Positions 1 through 10,474 of a stretch of 64,000 bases of DNA are shown here, piece after piece. The stretch spans positions 4,551-68,550 of the forward strand of contig RFIF01000414.1 in the NCBI GenBank assembly GCA_003695655.1, written 5' to 3'. The notes beneath the pieces were generated by a model that saw only the letters and a list, made by a program, of their open reading frames with translations, was not told the origin of the DNA and searched no databases. This DNA comes from Cyanobacteria bacterium J069. GTDB lineage: Bacteria > Cyanobacteriota > Cyanobacteriia > Elainellales > Elainellaceae. Positions within the stretch are counted from its first letter, which is position 1. The number at the start of each line of letters is the position of its first letter. The position numbers and the translations under genes were made by a program.

Positions 1-227
1 GTTGATATGGTTGGCAGGGGTAAACAGTAGCTGACCTAACTGGCCGACAGACTCGCAGACGGATTTAGGTGCTTTGAGACTTCTGCTCCTTTTGAGAACG
101 TCAAGTTATGACGGAGCCTGTCTGCAAGGGGTTTACGTAATTTTTGAGACAAGCTGGCTTTCCGGAGAAAGCCATTCGGGTTTTGAACGATGTTTGAACG
201 ATGTCAGTTTCTAAGGAGTAAAAGACT

Positions 228-644
228 GTGACTCAAGCAAAAGAAGTAGCGTCTTCTACCTTGTCTTCCTCGCCAGCTTCTGTTCTCACTAAGGGCGTGG
301 CAGCAACCGAGTTGCGTCCCTGGGGATCGTTCACCGTTCTCGAAGAAGGCCGAGGCTATAAGATTAAACGGATTGAGGTAAAGCCGGGACATCGCCTCAG
401 TCTGCAAATGCATCACCATCGTAGTGAACACTGGATTGTGGTTTCTGGAACGGCCCGCGTAACCTGCGATGAAAAGGAAACTCTCCTGTTTAGCAACCAG
501 TCCACCTACGTTCCTCCCTGTACAGCGCACCGTCTGGAAAATCCTGGCGTGATTCCGCTGATCCTGATTGAGGTGCAAAACGGCGAGTATCTGGGCGAAG
601 ATGATATCGTTCGCTATCAGGACGATTACGCCCGCGCCAAGTAG
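228..644 (+). CDS. Cupin protein, mannose-6-phosphate isomerase type II C-terminal domain
   Basis: Motifs RPWGSF, LSLQMHHHRSEHWIVVSGTA and EVQNGEYLGEDDIVR; GTG start preceded by AAGGAG. Confidence 0.9.
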   Translation: MTQAKEVASSTLSSSPASVLTKGVAATELRPWGSFTVLEEGRGYKIKRIEVKPGHRLSLQMHHHRSEHWIVVSGTARVTCDEKETLLFSNQSTYVPPCTAHRLENPGVIPLILIEVQNGEYLGEDDIVRYQDDYARAK

Positions 645-758
645 CGATCGCCGGGGTTCTGCCAAACCTTAGCCTGATTTGCAAGTCGGGCTGCGACGGT
701 GAGGAAGCCCTAAAGCACTTCAGAGATTAACAGGAAACATCACCACAACGAGAAACAT

Positions 759-795
759 CACTGAGGGGGCGATCGCAGCGATCGCCCCCTCAGTG
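759..795. repeat. Perfect 18-bp inverted repeat built from two HIP1 sites; possible terminator
   Basis: CACTGAGGGGGCGATCGC-A-GCGATCGCCCCCTCAGTG. Confidence 0.8.
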
Positions 796-899
796 CATGT
801 CGATCCGCGTTAGGATAGACGACGTTGTGCTCAATTAGCACATTTTAGTGGTTCGGCATTCTAGTTTTTGGGTTTTATCGAAAGTATTTAGGCAGGTTC

Positions 900-1232
900 A
901 TGGTGCAGCTTAGCCCAGCAGCTTCTCGAGAGATTGAGCGATTTCAAAAGACCCGCTCCGCCGCTGAGTCTGTGTTCAGGCTGGCGGTTCAGTCGGGCGG
1001 CTGCCTGGGGATGATTTATTCAATGCGTCTAGATGACTCAGCCTTGCCAGGCGATCGCATTTATGAATCAGAGCGGGTTCGAGTCGTCGTCGATGCTCAG
1101 AGCCTTCCATATTTAGAGGGCGTCGTGCTCGATTATTCGGAAGACCTGATGGGGGGAGCGTTTCGGTTCCACAACCCAAGGGCGATCGCCAATTGCGAAT
1201 GTGGTCACTCCTTTACAATTGCAGAGAGTTAA
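900..1232 (+). CDS. HesB/IscA-family Fe-S cluster assembly protein
   Basis: GGCLG motif, LDYSEDLMGGAFRFHNP and C-terminal CECGHSF. Confidence 0.9.
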   Translation: MVQLSPAASREIERFQKTRSAAESVFRLAVQSGGCLGMIYSMRLDDSALPGDRIYESERVRVVVDAQSLPYLEGVVLDYSEDLMGGAFRFHNPRAIANCECGHSFTIAES

Positions 1233-1289
1233 ACCCCTTCTGCCAGTGCAGCTAACCAACCCTTGATAGCTGCCTGCTTAAAAGCAGAT

Positions 1290-1319
1290 TTGACAGAATT
1301 ACAAAAAACTCGGTAAGAT
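1290..1319 (+). promoter_or_regulatory. Sigma70-type promoter of the str operon
   Basis: TTGACA-N18-TAAGAT about 50 nt upstream of rpsL. Confidence 0.6.
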
Positions 1320-1371
1320 TGAAGACTGTGAAAAGTTAGACCTGATCTATCGGCAAAGTAAGCCAGAGTCC

Positions 1372-1758
1372 ATGCCTACTATCCAACAACTCATTCGGAG
1401 CGAGCGTCAGAAAGCAAGCACAAAGACGAAATCCCCGGCGCTTAAAAGTTGCCCACAGCGTCGAGGTGTTTGCACGCGTGTCTACACTACTACTCCCAAA
1501 AAGCCTAACTCTGCCCTGCGTAAAGTGGCACGGGTTCGTCTGACGTCAGGCTTTGAGGTGACAGCCTATATTCCTGGCATTGGGCACAACCTGCAAGAAC
1601 ACTCTGTGGTGATGATTCGGGGTGGTCGGGTTAAGGATCTGCCGGGTGTCCGTTACCACATCATCCGCGGCACCTTGGACACTGCGGGCGTCAAAGATCG
1701 CAAACAAGGTCGCTCAAAATATGGAGCAAAGCGTCCCAAGCCAGCCGCTGCCAAGTAA
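1372..1758 (+). CDS. rpsL: 30S ribosomal protein S12
   Basis: MPTIQQL start, [23 protein letters not shown]. Confidence 0.99.
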   Translation: MPTIQQLIRSERQKASTKTKSPALKSCPQRRGVCTRVYTTTPKKPNSALRKVARVRLTSGFEVTAYIPGIGHNLQEHSVVMIRGGRVKDLPGVRYHIIRGTLDTAGVKDRKQGRSKYGAKRPKPAAAK

Positions 1759-2094
1759 CTAGACGCTCTTTGGTATCGTGCTTAGTCTGGGTTAGCTCTG
1801 AGCTTTCACAAACGCTTGAGTTTTTTTGAGCTTTTTAGCTAGATTTGGGGCTGTTTGTAGAGGTTTACCCCGCCCCTATTGCAACGCCTTTTGGGTAGGA
1901 ACTTGTTTAGAGACTTGCAGGAGAGTGTCTGTCTTGTAAGTCTTTGAGCTAAGCCCTTACAGTTTTACGGGTACTGTTTTTTCTGCCTTAGCACTAGCGA
2001 CTCTTCATGCTTCTAAAGCTTTTAAGAGTTTCGTCCATTTAGTTTGGTTGTCTACATTTTCTGAAGGTCTACAAAAACACAAGGGCTACTAAGT

Positions 2095-2565
2095 ATGTCT
2101 CGCCGCACCGTCATTCAAAAGCGTCCGGTTCCCCCAGACCCCAAATACAACAGCCGTCTGGTCAGTATGATCGTGCGGCGATTGATGCGTTCAGGCAAGC
2201 GCTCTCTGGCCTATGGCATCATCTACGACGCTTTTGATTTGATTCAAGAGCGTACAGGTTCTGATCCGCTTGAAACCTTTGAGCGTGCGGTTAAAAACAC
2301 AACCCCTCTGGTTGAGGTAAAAGCCCGCCGAGTGGGGGGAGCCACGTACCAGGTGCCAATGGAAGTCCGCTCCGATCGGGGAACCGCTCTAGCGCTCCGC
2401 TGGCTAATTCAGTTTTCTCGCGCTCGCTCTGGCCGCACTATGGCGGGGAAGCTGGCGAATGAACTGATGGATGCTGCGAATGAAACTGGCAGTTCTATTC
2501 GCAAGAGAGAAGAGACTCACAAAATGGCTGAGGCTAACAAGGCGTTTGCCCACTATCGCTACTAA
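2095..2565 (+). CDS. rpsG: 30S ribosomal protein S7
   Basis: [24 protein letters not shown]; str operon position. Confidence 0.99.
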   Translation: MSRRTVIQKRPVPPDPKYNSRLVSMIVRRLMRSGKRSLAYGIIYDAFDLIQERTGSDPLETFERAVKNTTPLVEVKARRVGGATYQVPMEVRSDRGTALALRWLIQFSRARSGRTMAGKLANELMDAANETGSSIRKREETHKMAEANKAFAHYRY

Positions 2566-2760
2566 TTTGTGTATCGGATGTTTTCCGATCTCATACTTTA
2601 AGGACTTTAAGAGTGGCGTTTAACCTGTCAGAGCGATCGCCTTGTAGGGATTCTCAAGTGCGTATCAGCCGAGCGCCAGAGATAAAGTATAGAATCTTAA
2701 CAGACGCACAACAGACGCAGTCATGCGACCATTTGGCGGCAAGCACTTAAGGAGGTAGCC

Positions 2761-4881
2761 GTGGCACGGAGTATCCCGCTAGAACGAGTTAGAAACATTG
2801 GCATTGCAGCCCACATTGATGCGGGCAAAACGACAACAACTGAACGCATTCTGTTCTATTCCGGTGTTGTCCATAAAATGGGCGAGGTTCATGAAGGAAC
2901 CGCTGTCACCGACTGGATGGATCAGGAGCGGGAACGCGGGATTACCATCACGGCAGCCGCAATTAGCACTGCTTGGACTCGGCGTGACCCGAAAAACCCA
3001 ACTCAGCCTCTTGCAGATGAGCCAGAGCACCGGATCAACATCATTGATACTCCGGGACACGTGGACTTTACCATCGAGGTAGAGCGTTCGATGCGGGTGC
3101 TGGATGGTGTTATTACTGTTCTGTGTTCGGTAGGTGGTGTCCAGCCTCAAACAGAAACGGTGTGGCGGCAAGCAGATCGCTACAAAGTCCCCCGCATCGT
3201 GTTTGTCAATAAGATGGATCGTACGGGGGCCGACTTCTTTAAGGTTTATAACCAGGTGCGCGATCGCCTCCGAACGAATGCAGTACCTGCCCAAATCCCC
3301 ATTGGCAGCGAAGACAACTTGAGGGGCATCGTTGATCTCGTCCGCATGAGAGCCTACATCTACAACAATGATCTAGGCACGGACGTTGAAGAAACTGAAA
3401 TTCCAAAAGACGTGCTCGAGCTAGCTCAGGAATACCGCCTCAAGCTCGTTGAGGCCGCAGCCGAAACTGACGACGTCTTAACGGAAAAATACCTTGAGGG
3501 CGAAGATCTGACCGAAGAGGAAATTCGCTCCGCACTTCGTAAGGGAACGCTAACCGGACAGATTGTTCCCATGTTCTGTGGCTCTGCCTTTAAGAACAAA
3601 GGCGTTCAACTTCTCCTAGATGCTGTAGTTGACTACTTACCTTCTCCGCTAGAAGTGCCTCCTATTCAAGGGACGCTTCCTGACGGCAACGTTGCCTCTC
3701 GCAGTGCAGATGATACCCAACCTCTGTCTGCTCTGGCTTTCAAGATCATGGCAGATCCTTATGGTCGTTTGACCTTCGTGCGCGTTTACTCTGGCATCCT
3801 GACTAAGGGTAGCTACGTGTACAACGCCAGCAAGGGCAAGAAAGAGCGAATTTCTCGACTCATCGTTCTGAAAGCTGACGATCGCCAAGAAGTAGACGAA
3901 CTGCGTGCAGGCGATTTGGGTGCAGCCCTGGGGCTGAAGGACACTTTTACGGGTGACACGATTTGTGACGAAGCAAATCCCATCATTTTGGAATCCTTGT
4001 TTGTTCCAGAGCCTGTGATTTCTGTGGCTGTAGAGCCGAAAACCAAGCAGGACATGGAGAAGCTCTCGAAAGCGCTGCAAGCACTGTCGGAAGAAGACCC
4101 CACCTTCCGCGTTCACGTCGATTCCGAAACCAATCAGACTGTGATTGCGGGCATGGGTGAGCTGCATCTGGATATCTTGGTGGATCGGATGAAGCGGGAA
4201 TACAAGGTTGAAGCCAATGTTGGTGCACCTCAGGTGGCTTACCGCGAAACGATTCGCAAGTCAGTCCGCGAAGAAGGTAAGTTTGTCCGCCAGAGTGGTG
4301 GTAAAGGTCAGTATGGTCACGTCGTCATTGAGGTGGAGCCAGGTGAACCTGGTACTGGCTTTGAGTTTGTGTCCAAGATTGTCGGCGGCTCGGTTCCCAA
4401 GGAATACGTTGGACCCGCTGAGCAGGGCATGAAGGAAGCCTGCGAATCTGGGATTCTGGCAGGCTATCCAGTGATTGACGTAAAAGTCACGCTGGTTGAT
4501 GGGTCTTACCATGAGGTGGACTCTTCAGAAATGGCATTCAAGATCGCTGGCTCTATGGCGGTCAAGAATGCTGTGCTAAAAGCAGCACCTGTCCTTTTGG
4601 AGCCTATGATGAAGGTTGAGGTTGAGGTTCCCGAAGATTTCATTGGGAGCGTCATTGGTGACCTCAACTCTCGTCGAGGTCAGATCGAAGGTCAGGACAC
4701 CGAACAGGGTATTGCTAAAGTCACTTCTAAGGTGCCGCTAGCAGAAATGTTTGGTTATGCTACCGACATCCGGTCGAAAACCCAGGGTCGTGGCATATTT
4801 ACGATGGAATTCAGCCAATATGACGAGGTGCCTCGAAACGTGGCTGAGACTATCATTGCCAAGAGCAAAGGGAACGCTTAA
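2761..4881 (+). CDS. fusA: Elongation factor G
   Basis: [21 protein letters not shown]; GTG start with AAGGAGG. Confidence 0.99.
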   Translation: MARSIPLERVRNIGIAAHIDAGKTTTTERILFYSGVVHKMGEVHEGTAVTDWMDQERERGITITAAAISTAWTRRDPKNPTQPLADEPEHRINIIDTPGHVDFTIEVERSMRVLDGVITVLCSVGGVQPQTETVWRQADRYKVPRIVFVNKMDRTGADFFKVYNQVRDRLRTNAVPAQIPIGSEDNLRGIVDLVRMRAYIYNNDLGTDVEETEIPKDVLELAQEYRLKLVEAAAETDDVLTEKYLEGEDLTEEEIRSALRKGTLTGQIVPMFCGSAFKNKGVQLLLDAVVDYLPSPLEVPPIQGTLPDGNVASRSADDTQPLSALAFKIMADPYGRLTFVRVYSGILTKGSYVYNASKGKKERISRLIVLKADDRQEVDELRAGDLGAALGLKDTFTGDTICDEANPIILESLFVPEPVISVAVEPKTKQDMEKLSKALQALSEEDPTFRVHVDSETNQTVIAGMGELHLDILVDRMKREYKVEANVGAPQVAYRETIRKSVREEGKFVRQSGGKGQYGHVVIEVEPGEPGTGFEFVSKIVGGSVPKEYVGPAEQGMKEACESGILAGYPVIDVKVTLVDGSYHEVDSSEMAFKIAGSMAVKNAVLKAAPVLLEPMMKVEVEVPEDFIGSVIGDLNSRRGQIEGQDTEQGIAKVTSKVPLAEMFGYATDIRSKTQGRGIFTMEFSQYDEVPRNVAETIIAKSKGNA

Positions 4882-4907
4882 CTCAGGAGAAAGGGACAAG
4901 GAAATCC

Positions 4908-6137
4908 ATGGCACGCGCAAAATTTGAGAGAACCAAGCCTCACGTCAACATTGGTACGATTGGACACGTTGACCACGGCAAAACCACTCTGACTGCTGCA
5001 ATCACGATGACGCTGGCAGCACTCGGACAGGCTCAGGCTCGTAAGTATGACGAGATTGATGCGGCTCCTGAGGAAAAAGCTCGGGGGATCACTATCAACA
5101 CGGCTCACGTGGAGTATGAGACTGAAAACCGTCACTATGCCCATGTGGACTGTCCGGGACACGCTGACTATGTGAAGAACATGATCACGGGTGCAGCCCA
5201 AATGGATGGCGCTATTCTGGTGGTGGCTGCAACGGATGGTGCGATGCCTCAAACCAAAGAGCACATTCTGTTGGCTCGTCAGGTGGGCGTCCCCAGCATC
5301 GTTGTGTTCATGAACAAAGTTGACCAGCTAGACGACGAAGAGTTGTTAGAGCTGGTTGAGCTAGAACTGCGTGAGCTGCTCAGCGAATATGAGTTTCCGG
5401 GTGATGACCTACCTATCATTCGGGGGTCGGGTCTGATGGCGCTGGAAGCAATGATCAAAGACCCGAAGACTCAGCGTGGTCAGAACGAGTGGGTTGACAA
5501 GATTTACGAGCTGATGGATGCCGTAGATGAGTACATCCCAACGCCAGAGCGAGATATTGACAAGCCGTTCTTGATGGCTGTTGAAGACGTGTTCACTATT
5601 ACGGGTCGGGGCACGGTTGCTACAGGTCGGATTGAGCGGGGCAAGGTCAAGGTCAACGAAGAAGTTGAACTGGTCGGTCTGCGCGAAACTCGCAAGACGA
5701 TTGTGACAGGCATCGAGATGTTCAAGAAGAGCCTTGATGAAGGTCTGGCTGGCGACAATGCGGGCTTACTGCTCCGGGGTATGAAGAAGGAAGATATTGA
5801 GCGGGGCATGGTGATTGCCAAGCCAGGTACGATTACGCCTCATACCGAATTTGAAGGTGAAGTGTATGTCCTGACTGAGAAAGAGGGCGGACGGAAGACC
5901 CCCTTCTTCGCAGGCTATAAGCCTCAGTTCTATGTCCGGACGACTGACGTAACGGGCACGATCAAGACCTTCACTGCCGACGATGGCACCAACGCTGAAA
6001 TGGTGATGCCGGGCGACCGGATTAAGGTGAACGTTGAGCTAATCAACGCGATCGCCATTGAGCAAGGGATGCGTTTCGCAATTCGTGAAGGCGGCCGAAC
6101 CATCGGTGCTGGCGTGGTTTCGAAAATCATCAAGTAG
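4908..6137 (+). CDS. tuf: Elongation factor Tu
   Basis: [37 protein letters not shown]. Confidence 0.99.
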   Translation: MARAKFERTKPHVNIGTIGHVDHGKTTLTAAITMTLAALGQAQARKYDEIDAAPEEKARGITINTAHVEYETENRHYAHVDCPGHADYVKNMITGAAQMDGAILVVAATDGAMPQTKEHILLARQVGVPSIVVFMNKVDQLDDEELLELVELELRELLSEYEFPGDDLPIIRGSGLMALEAMIKDPKTQRGQNEWVDKIYELMDAVDEYIPTPERDIDKPFLMAVEDVFTITGRGTVATGRIERGKVKVNEEVELVGLRETRKTIVTGIEMFKKSLDEGLAGDNAGLLLRGMKKEDIERGMVIAKPGTITPHTEFEGEVYVLTEKEGGRKTPFFAGYKPQFYVRTTDVTGTIKTFTADDGTNAEMVMPGDRIKVNVELINAIAIEQGMRFAIREGGRTIGAGVVSKIIK

Positions 6138-6149
6138 TTTCGACTGATG

Positions 6150-6196
6150 GCTACTCCGGCTTTTCCTGAAAGGCTAAGGCCGGAGTAGCTTCGTTT
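6150..6196 (+). terminator. Stem-loop between tuf and rpsJ (terminator or mRNA-stabilising hairpin)
   Basis: GCTACTCCGGC...GCCGGAGTAGC followed by TTCGTTT. Confidence 0.55.
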
Positions 6197-6269
6197 AAAA
6201 GCCAACAAAACTGACTTTTAAACTTTTTGGACGAGCAGATTCCTGAACCTTGAAATTTGGATATTTTTG

Positions 6270-6587
6270 ATGGCAACTATTCAGCAGCAAAAAATTCGTA
6301 TCCGTCTGAAGGCTTTCGACCGTCGCCTTTTAGACACTTCCTGTGAAAAGATCGTGGAGACGGCAAATCGTACTAACGCTACAGCGATTGGCCCTATCCC
6401 TATGCCCACAAGACGGCGGATCTACTGCGTTTTGCGATCGCCCCACGTAGACAAAGATTCTCGTGAGCACTTCGAGACCCGCACTCACCGTCGCATTATT
6501 GATATTTATCAGCCCTCTTCCAAGACCATCGATGCGTTGATGAAGCTGGATCTGCCGGCAGGTGTAGACATTGAAGTAAAGCTGTAG
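6270..6587 (+). CDS. rpsJ: 30S ribosomal protein S10
   Basis: [25 protein letters not shown]; ATG at 6270 preferred. Confidence 0.99.
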   Translation: MATIQQQKIRIRLKAFDRRLLDTSCEKIVETANRTNATAIGPIPMPTRRRIYCVLRSPHVDKDSREHFETRTHRRIIDIYQPSSKTIDALMKLDLPAGVDIEVKL

Positions 6588-6715
6588 CTTTTACTCGCCT
6601 GTAGATTGACCGTTACTAGTTCTCTTTGAGACGGTCGGGTAGACAGTCGAAATTCCTCAAAGTTCCGAAGCTACTCAGCCAATTTTATTCAGTATTCAGT
6701 CAATTCATTTTTCAG

Positions 6716-6748
6716 ACATGCCTAGTCATCTAGACTGGGCATGTTTTT
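6716..6748 (+). terminator. Intrinsic terminator of the str operon
   Basis: ACATGCCTAGTC-ATCTA-GACTGGGCATGT followed by a T tract. Confidence 0.7.
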
Positions 6749-6932
6749 GTATTTCCCTCTGCCCATTACTTTAGAGTCGGCGGGCCCTGCCTTGGGAAAA
6801 CTAAAGGAATGCGATAGACTGAAGGACAAGTGCCCAAAGACTTCATAAATATGGCGTTGGCAAGGTTTTAGGTGCCAATTTGTTATATTTCTAAGCGCCC
6901 TTCAGCTCTGATATCGACCCAGACAGGATTCA

Positions 6933-7583
6933 ATGGCATTTTCTTCATCGGTTGCGGTTCGAGAACTCCCTCTGTTTCCTCTTTCAGAGGTTGTTTTATT
7001 TCCGGGGCGGCGGCTCCCTCTCCACATCTTTGAATTCCGCTACCGAATTATGATGAACACCATTCTCCAGAGCGATCGCCGCTTTGGTGTATTGATGGTA
7101 GACCCCACAGATGGCAAGGTATCCAGCGTTGGGTGTTGTGCAGAAATCACCAATTTTCACCGGATGCCTGACGACCGGATGAAAATCATGACGATGGGGC
7201 AGCAGCGTTTTCGGGTGTTGGACTACGTCCGTGAAAAACCTTACCATGTTGGGCTGGTCGAATGGATTGAAGACCACCCGACTGACCGAAACCTTCAATC
7301 GCTCAGTGTTGAAGTCGATCAGCTTTTGCGCGACGTAGTCCGTCTGTCTGCGAAGCTCACCAATCAGGAAATTGAAGTGCCAGATGATATTCCTGATCTA
7401 CCGTTGGAGTTGTCTTACTGGGTTGCCAGCAACTTATACGGTGTTTCTCAAGAGCAGCAGGCTCTTTTAGAACTGCAAGACACCGCAGCCCGTCTAGAGC
7501 GAGAAGCTGAGATTTTGACCTCTACACGCAGCCATTTAGCAGCCAGAACCGCTCTGAAAGATGCCTTGCGCTTCGACAGTTAG
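6933..7583 (+). CDS. LON peptidase N-terminal (substrate-binding) domain protein
   Basis: LPLFPL...VLFPG..LPLHIFEFRYRIM; no ATPase or protease domain. Confidence 0.9.
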   Translation: MAFSSSVAVRELPLFPLSEVVLFPGRRLPLHIFEFRYRIMMNTILQSDRRFGVLMVDPTDGKVSSVGCCAEITNFHRMPDDRMKIMTMGQQRFRVLDYVREKPYHVGLVEWIEDHPTDRNLQSLSVEVDQLLRDVVRLSAKLTNQEIEVPDDIPDLPLELSYWVASNLYGVSQEQQALLELQDTAARLEREAEILTSTRSHLAARTALKDALRFDS

Positions 7584-7621
7584 GGGGTATCCAGCACTCT
7601 TTATAATCTTTTTAATCTCTT

Positions 7622-7713
7622 CAGGACTTACGCAGTTGAAACGAGTTTTATAGACGTTGGATGATTTTTCGCGGGCTATGTCCGCAAAAAATCATCCAAC
7701 TGTGTAATTCCTG
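7622..7713 (+). mobile_element. 92-bp dispersed inverted-repeat element (MITE/SDR-like), copy 1
   Basis: Ends CAGGACTTACGCAGTTG...CAACTGTGTAATTCCTG with an internal hairpin; near-identical to 33639-33730 and 50286-50377. Confidence 0.8.
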
Positions 7714-7792
7714 CTTTTGATTGATGCATGACGCGACTATCTGCTGGTACTCGTTCATCTGGTACTCGTTCAGCTACGCCTACCCTGATTCG

Positions 7793-8635
7793 TTATGCAG
7801 TTCTAGCAATTGAATAGCTGCCTAGTAGTTTGAGCGTTTCGGTATGCTGCGCTAGTTCCTGGAGCGCTTGCTGAACCGCAACGTTGTCTACACTGGCTTC
7901 AATATCAATGAAAAAGACATAGTCGCCAAGCGATCGCTTGCTGGGGCGAGATTCAATGCGGCTCAAATTGAGGTTTCGCGTGGCAAAGATTTGCAGCGGC
8001 GTCACGAGTGCGCCTGGCACGTTAGCAGGTACGCTAAATGCTAAAGAGGTATGGGTGCCACCGGGTGAAGGCGTGAGTCCTAGCACCCAGAATCGGGTGC
8101 AGTTATCGGGATAGTCATTAATCGGGTAGCTCAGAATCGGCAAGTTATAGAGGCTGGCAGCACGACGTGAGGCGATCGCCCCGGCTTGAGGCTCTGAGTC
8201 CAGTCGATGGAGCGCTTCCGCATTAGAATGCGACGGCACCAGTTGAGCGTCAGGCAGCGTCCGTTCTAGCCAACCCTGACACTGGGCTAGCGCTTGAGGA
8301 TGCCCATAAACTGTCTTAACCGACTCTAAGTCCAATGCCCGCGAGATCAGCGCATGATCAATCGGCAGTACCAAAGCTCTTTGAATCTGCAGGCGGTCGA
8401 GTTGCCAGAGGGTGTCCAGCGTGGTGGTGACGCTACCCTCGATTGAATTTTCAACCGGCACAACTGATAGCTGAGTTTCGCCGCTTTCAGTCGCTCGTAT
8501 GGTTTTCGGAATGCTGGAATAGGGACGCAGCTCGGTCGATACTCCAGCTGTAGTTCTCAGCCACTCACCGCAGGCGATCGCCGCATCTTCGGCATAGGTT
8601 CCGGCGGGCCCAAGATGAGCAATGGAAATAGCCAT
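7793..8635 (-). CDS. pheA: Prephenate dehydratase
   Basis: LGPAGTY, VVPVENSIEGSV, NCTRFW, ACT domain with SRIESRP. Confidence 0.95.
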   Translation of the reverse strand: MAISIAHLGPAGTYAEDAAIACGEWLRTTAGVSTELRPYSSIPKTIRATESGETQLSVVPVENSIEGSVTTTLDTLWQLDRLQIQRALVLPIDHALISRALDLESVKTVYGHPQALAQCQGWLERTLPDAQLVPSHSNAEALHRLDSEPQAGAIASRRAASLYNLPILSYPINDYPDNCTRFWVLGLTPSPGGTHTSLAFSVPANVPGALVTPLQIFATRNLNLSRIESRPSKRSLGDYVFFIDIEASVDNVAVQQALQELAQHTETLKLLGSYSIARTA

Positions 8636-9094
8636 ACTGTGTCTGAATCAGGAATCTCAGATTTCTTGGTCAGATTTCTTGGTAAAACTTCCGTATACTA
8701 CCTAGAGTCAAGGTAGATTTCTGGGAAAAGCTGTAAAATTTATTTAAGAGATTGCTACTTTCCTTGTTTATAGCTTCATATTGCCTCAGGGTGAAATACG
8801 ATTAGGGGCCAGGGAAGTAGCGCTTATAGCGCTAGCTTCTAAGACACTAAGCTAAAAGATTCAAGCTTTTCCAGCTTCCAATCAATAGCTTAAGGATTGC
8901 GTCTAGCTCCGTAGGTCTGTGTAGGCACATCTGTGTAGTTCAGACTGGCTACGGGTATTTCAGCAATTAGCAGCGTCTAAGACAACTGATTTGGCGAGTC
9001 AACGCTGGCAGGTCGGCACTTGTGCAGAGCCAGGTATCGCGCCATAGAGTTTCGATCTATTGCTTGATTTTCTACTGTCCTCACACAATTTGAC

Positions 9095-9679
9095 ATGCAG
9101 ACTCGCTTTTTCGCCTCGCAATCGGTTGAACTTAATGTTCCCGAACAGCCAATTCCGATTCACCACTACCTGCGTCAGCCCCATCGGCTGATTACCGCTT
9201 TGGTAGACCCCAGCCGAGTGGAGACGCTTGGGGGCGATCGCTTTCGGCTCAAAATGCGTCCGCTGACCTTCTTCACCTTGAGCCTTCAGCCTACAGTAGA
9301 CATTGACATTTGGGCTGATGCAGAGGGTGGGATTACGCTGAGGTCAGTCGGCAGCGAGATATTAGGGGTGGAATACATCAACGAGCGCTTTCACCTCGAC
9401 CTTACGGGTCAACTAATGCCTGTGCAAACTCGTCAGGGAACTCGCCTCCTGGGCCAGGCAAATCTGCAAGTTGAGGTTGGACTGCCGCCTGCGTTTTGGG
9501 TTACACCTCGCCCTCTCTTGGAAGCAACCGGAAATGGTCTACTGCGGAGCGTGCTGGGAACGGTCAAGCAGCGCCTGATGCATCAGCTCTTGGTCGATTA
9601 TGGCAGTTGGGTACAGGCTCAACTGGCGCAACCCGCCTGTGCCTCCCTGGCGTTTGCTCCTGACCTTGCAACAGATTGA
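9095..9679 (+). CDS. DUF1997-family protein
   Basis: Cyanobacterial-type sequence HYLRQP.RL...LEATGNGLL.SVL..VKQRL. Confidence 0.75.
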   Translation: MQTRFFASQSVELNVPEQPIPIHHYLRQPHRLITALVDPSRVETLGGDRFRLKMRPLTFFTLSLQPTVDIDIWADAEGGITLRSVGSEILGVEYINERFHLDLTGQLMPVQTRQGTRLLGQANLQVEVGLPPAFWVTPRPLLEATGNGLLRSVLGTVKQRLMHQLLVDYGSWVQAQLAQPACASLAFAPDLATD

Positions 9680-9709
9680 GAATTCTCAAGGAAAAGATTC
9701 AGTCAGGGT

Positions 9710-10327
9710 TCAAAGGTTAGAAGTCAGGCTAGAAGGATTGATACTGAACGGTTCCAGTTGGCAGGGCTTGAAGCTGAGGCGATGCTGGGACGTGCAGCCG
9801 TGTTTTTGAATGGCATGGCGATGGACGGCTGTGCCATAGCCTTTGTTTGTTGCTAAATCATAAACGGGATAGCGAGCGGCGAGACGAACAATCAGGCGAT
9901 CGCGCCACACCTTGGCAATAATGCTAGCGGCGGCGATCGCCAGGCAGGTCTGGTCGCCCTTCACAATCGTTTGCTGAGGAATTATCAGTCCTGAAATTCG
10001 CTGATTGCCATCTACCAGGCAAAGCGTTGGCTGGGGAGTCAGCCGAGCGATCGCCCGTCGCATCGCCAACAGTGACGCCTGCAAAATGTTGAGTCGGTCA
10101 ATTTCGCGCACCGACGCCATTCCAATCTGGCAGTCGATCGCCAGACGGTGAATTTGCCCTACCAGGCGATCGCGCTGGCGAGGTGACAACAGCTTGCTAT
10201 CCGTCACGCCCAGGTCTGCTAGCTCTGCGGCAGCATTTTCCGGCATCACAACAGCAGCAGCGACGACCGGCCCAAACAGTGCACCCCGACCCACTTCATC
10301 CACACCCGCCACAATTTCAGGTGCCAT
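9710..10327 (-). CDS. rnhB: Ribonuclease HII
   Basis: GVDEVGRG, DSK, DG, AAASIIAKV.RD, NKGYGT. Confidence 0.96.
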   Translation of the reverse strand: MAPEIVAGVDEVGRGALFGPVVAAAVVMPENAAAELADLGVTDSKLLSPRQRDRLVGQIHRLAIDCQIGMASVREIDRLNILQASLLAMRRAIARLTPQPTLCLVDGNQRISGLIIPQQTIVKGDQTCLAIAAASIIAKVWRDRLIVRLAARYPVYDLATNKGYGTAVHRHAIQKHGCTSQHRLSFKPCQLEPFSINPSSLTSNL

Positions 10328-10474
10328 TGCTCAGAAAATCCTATGTTCAGAAAATCCTATATTCAGCAAATCCTGCCGTAAAGATCCGCACGATGAAACT
10401 GACTGGAAACGGCGTTCCAACTGTCATCGTGCCAGATTAAAGGTTCCATTGTAGATAAATCAAGCGCTGATAGA

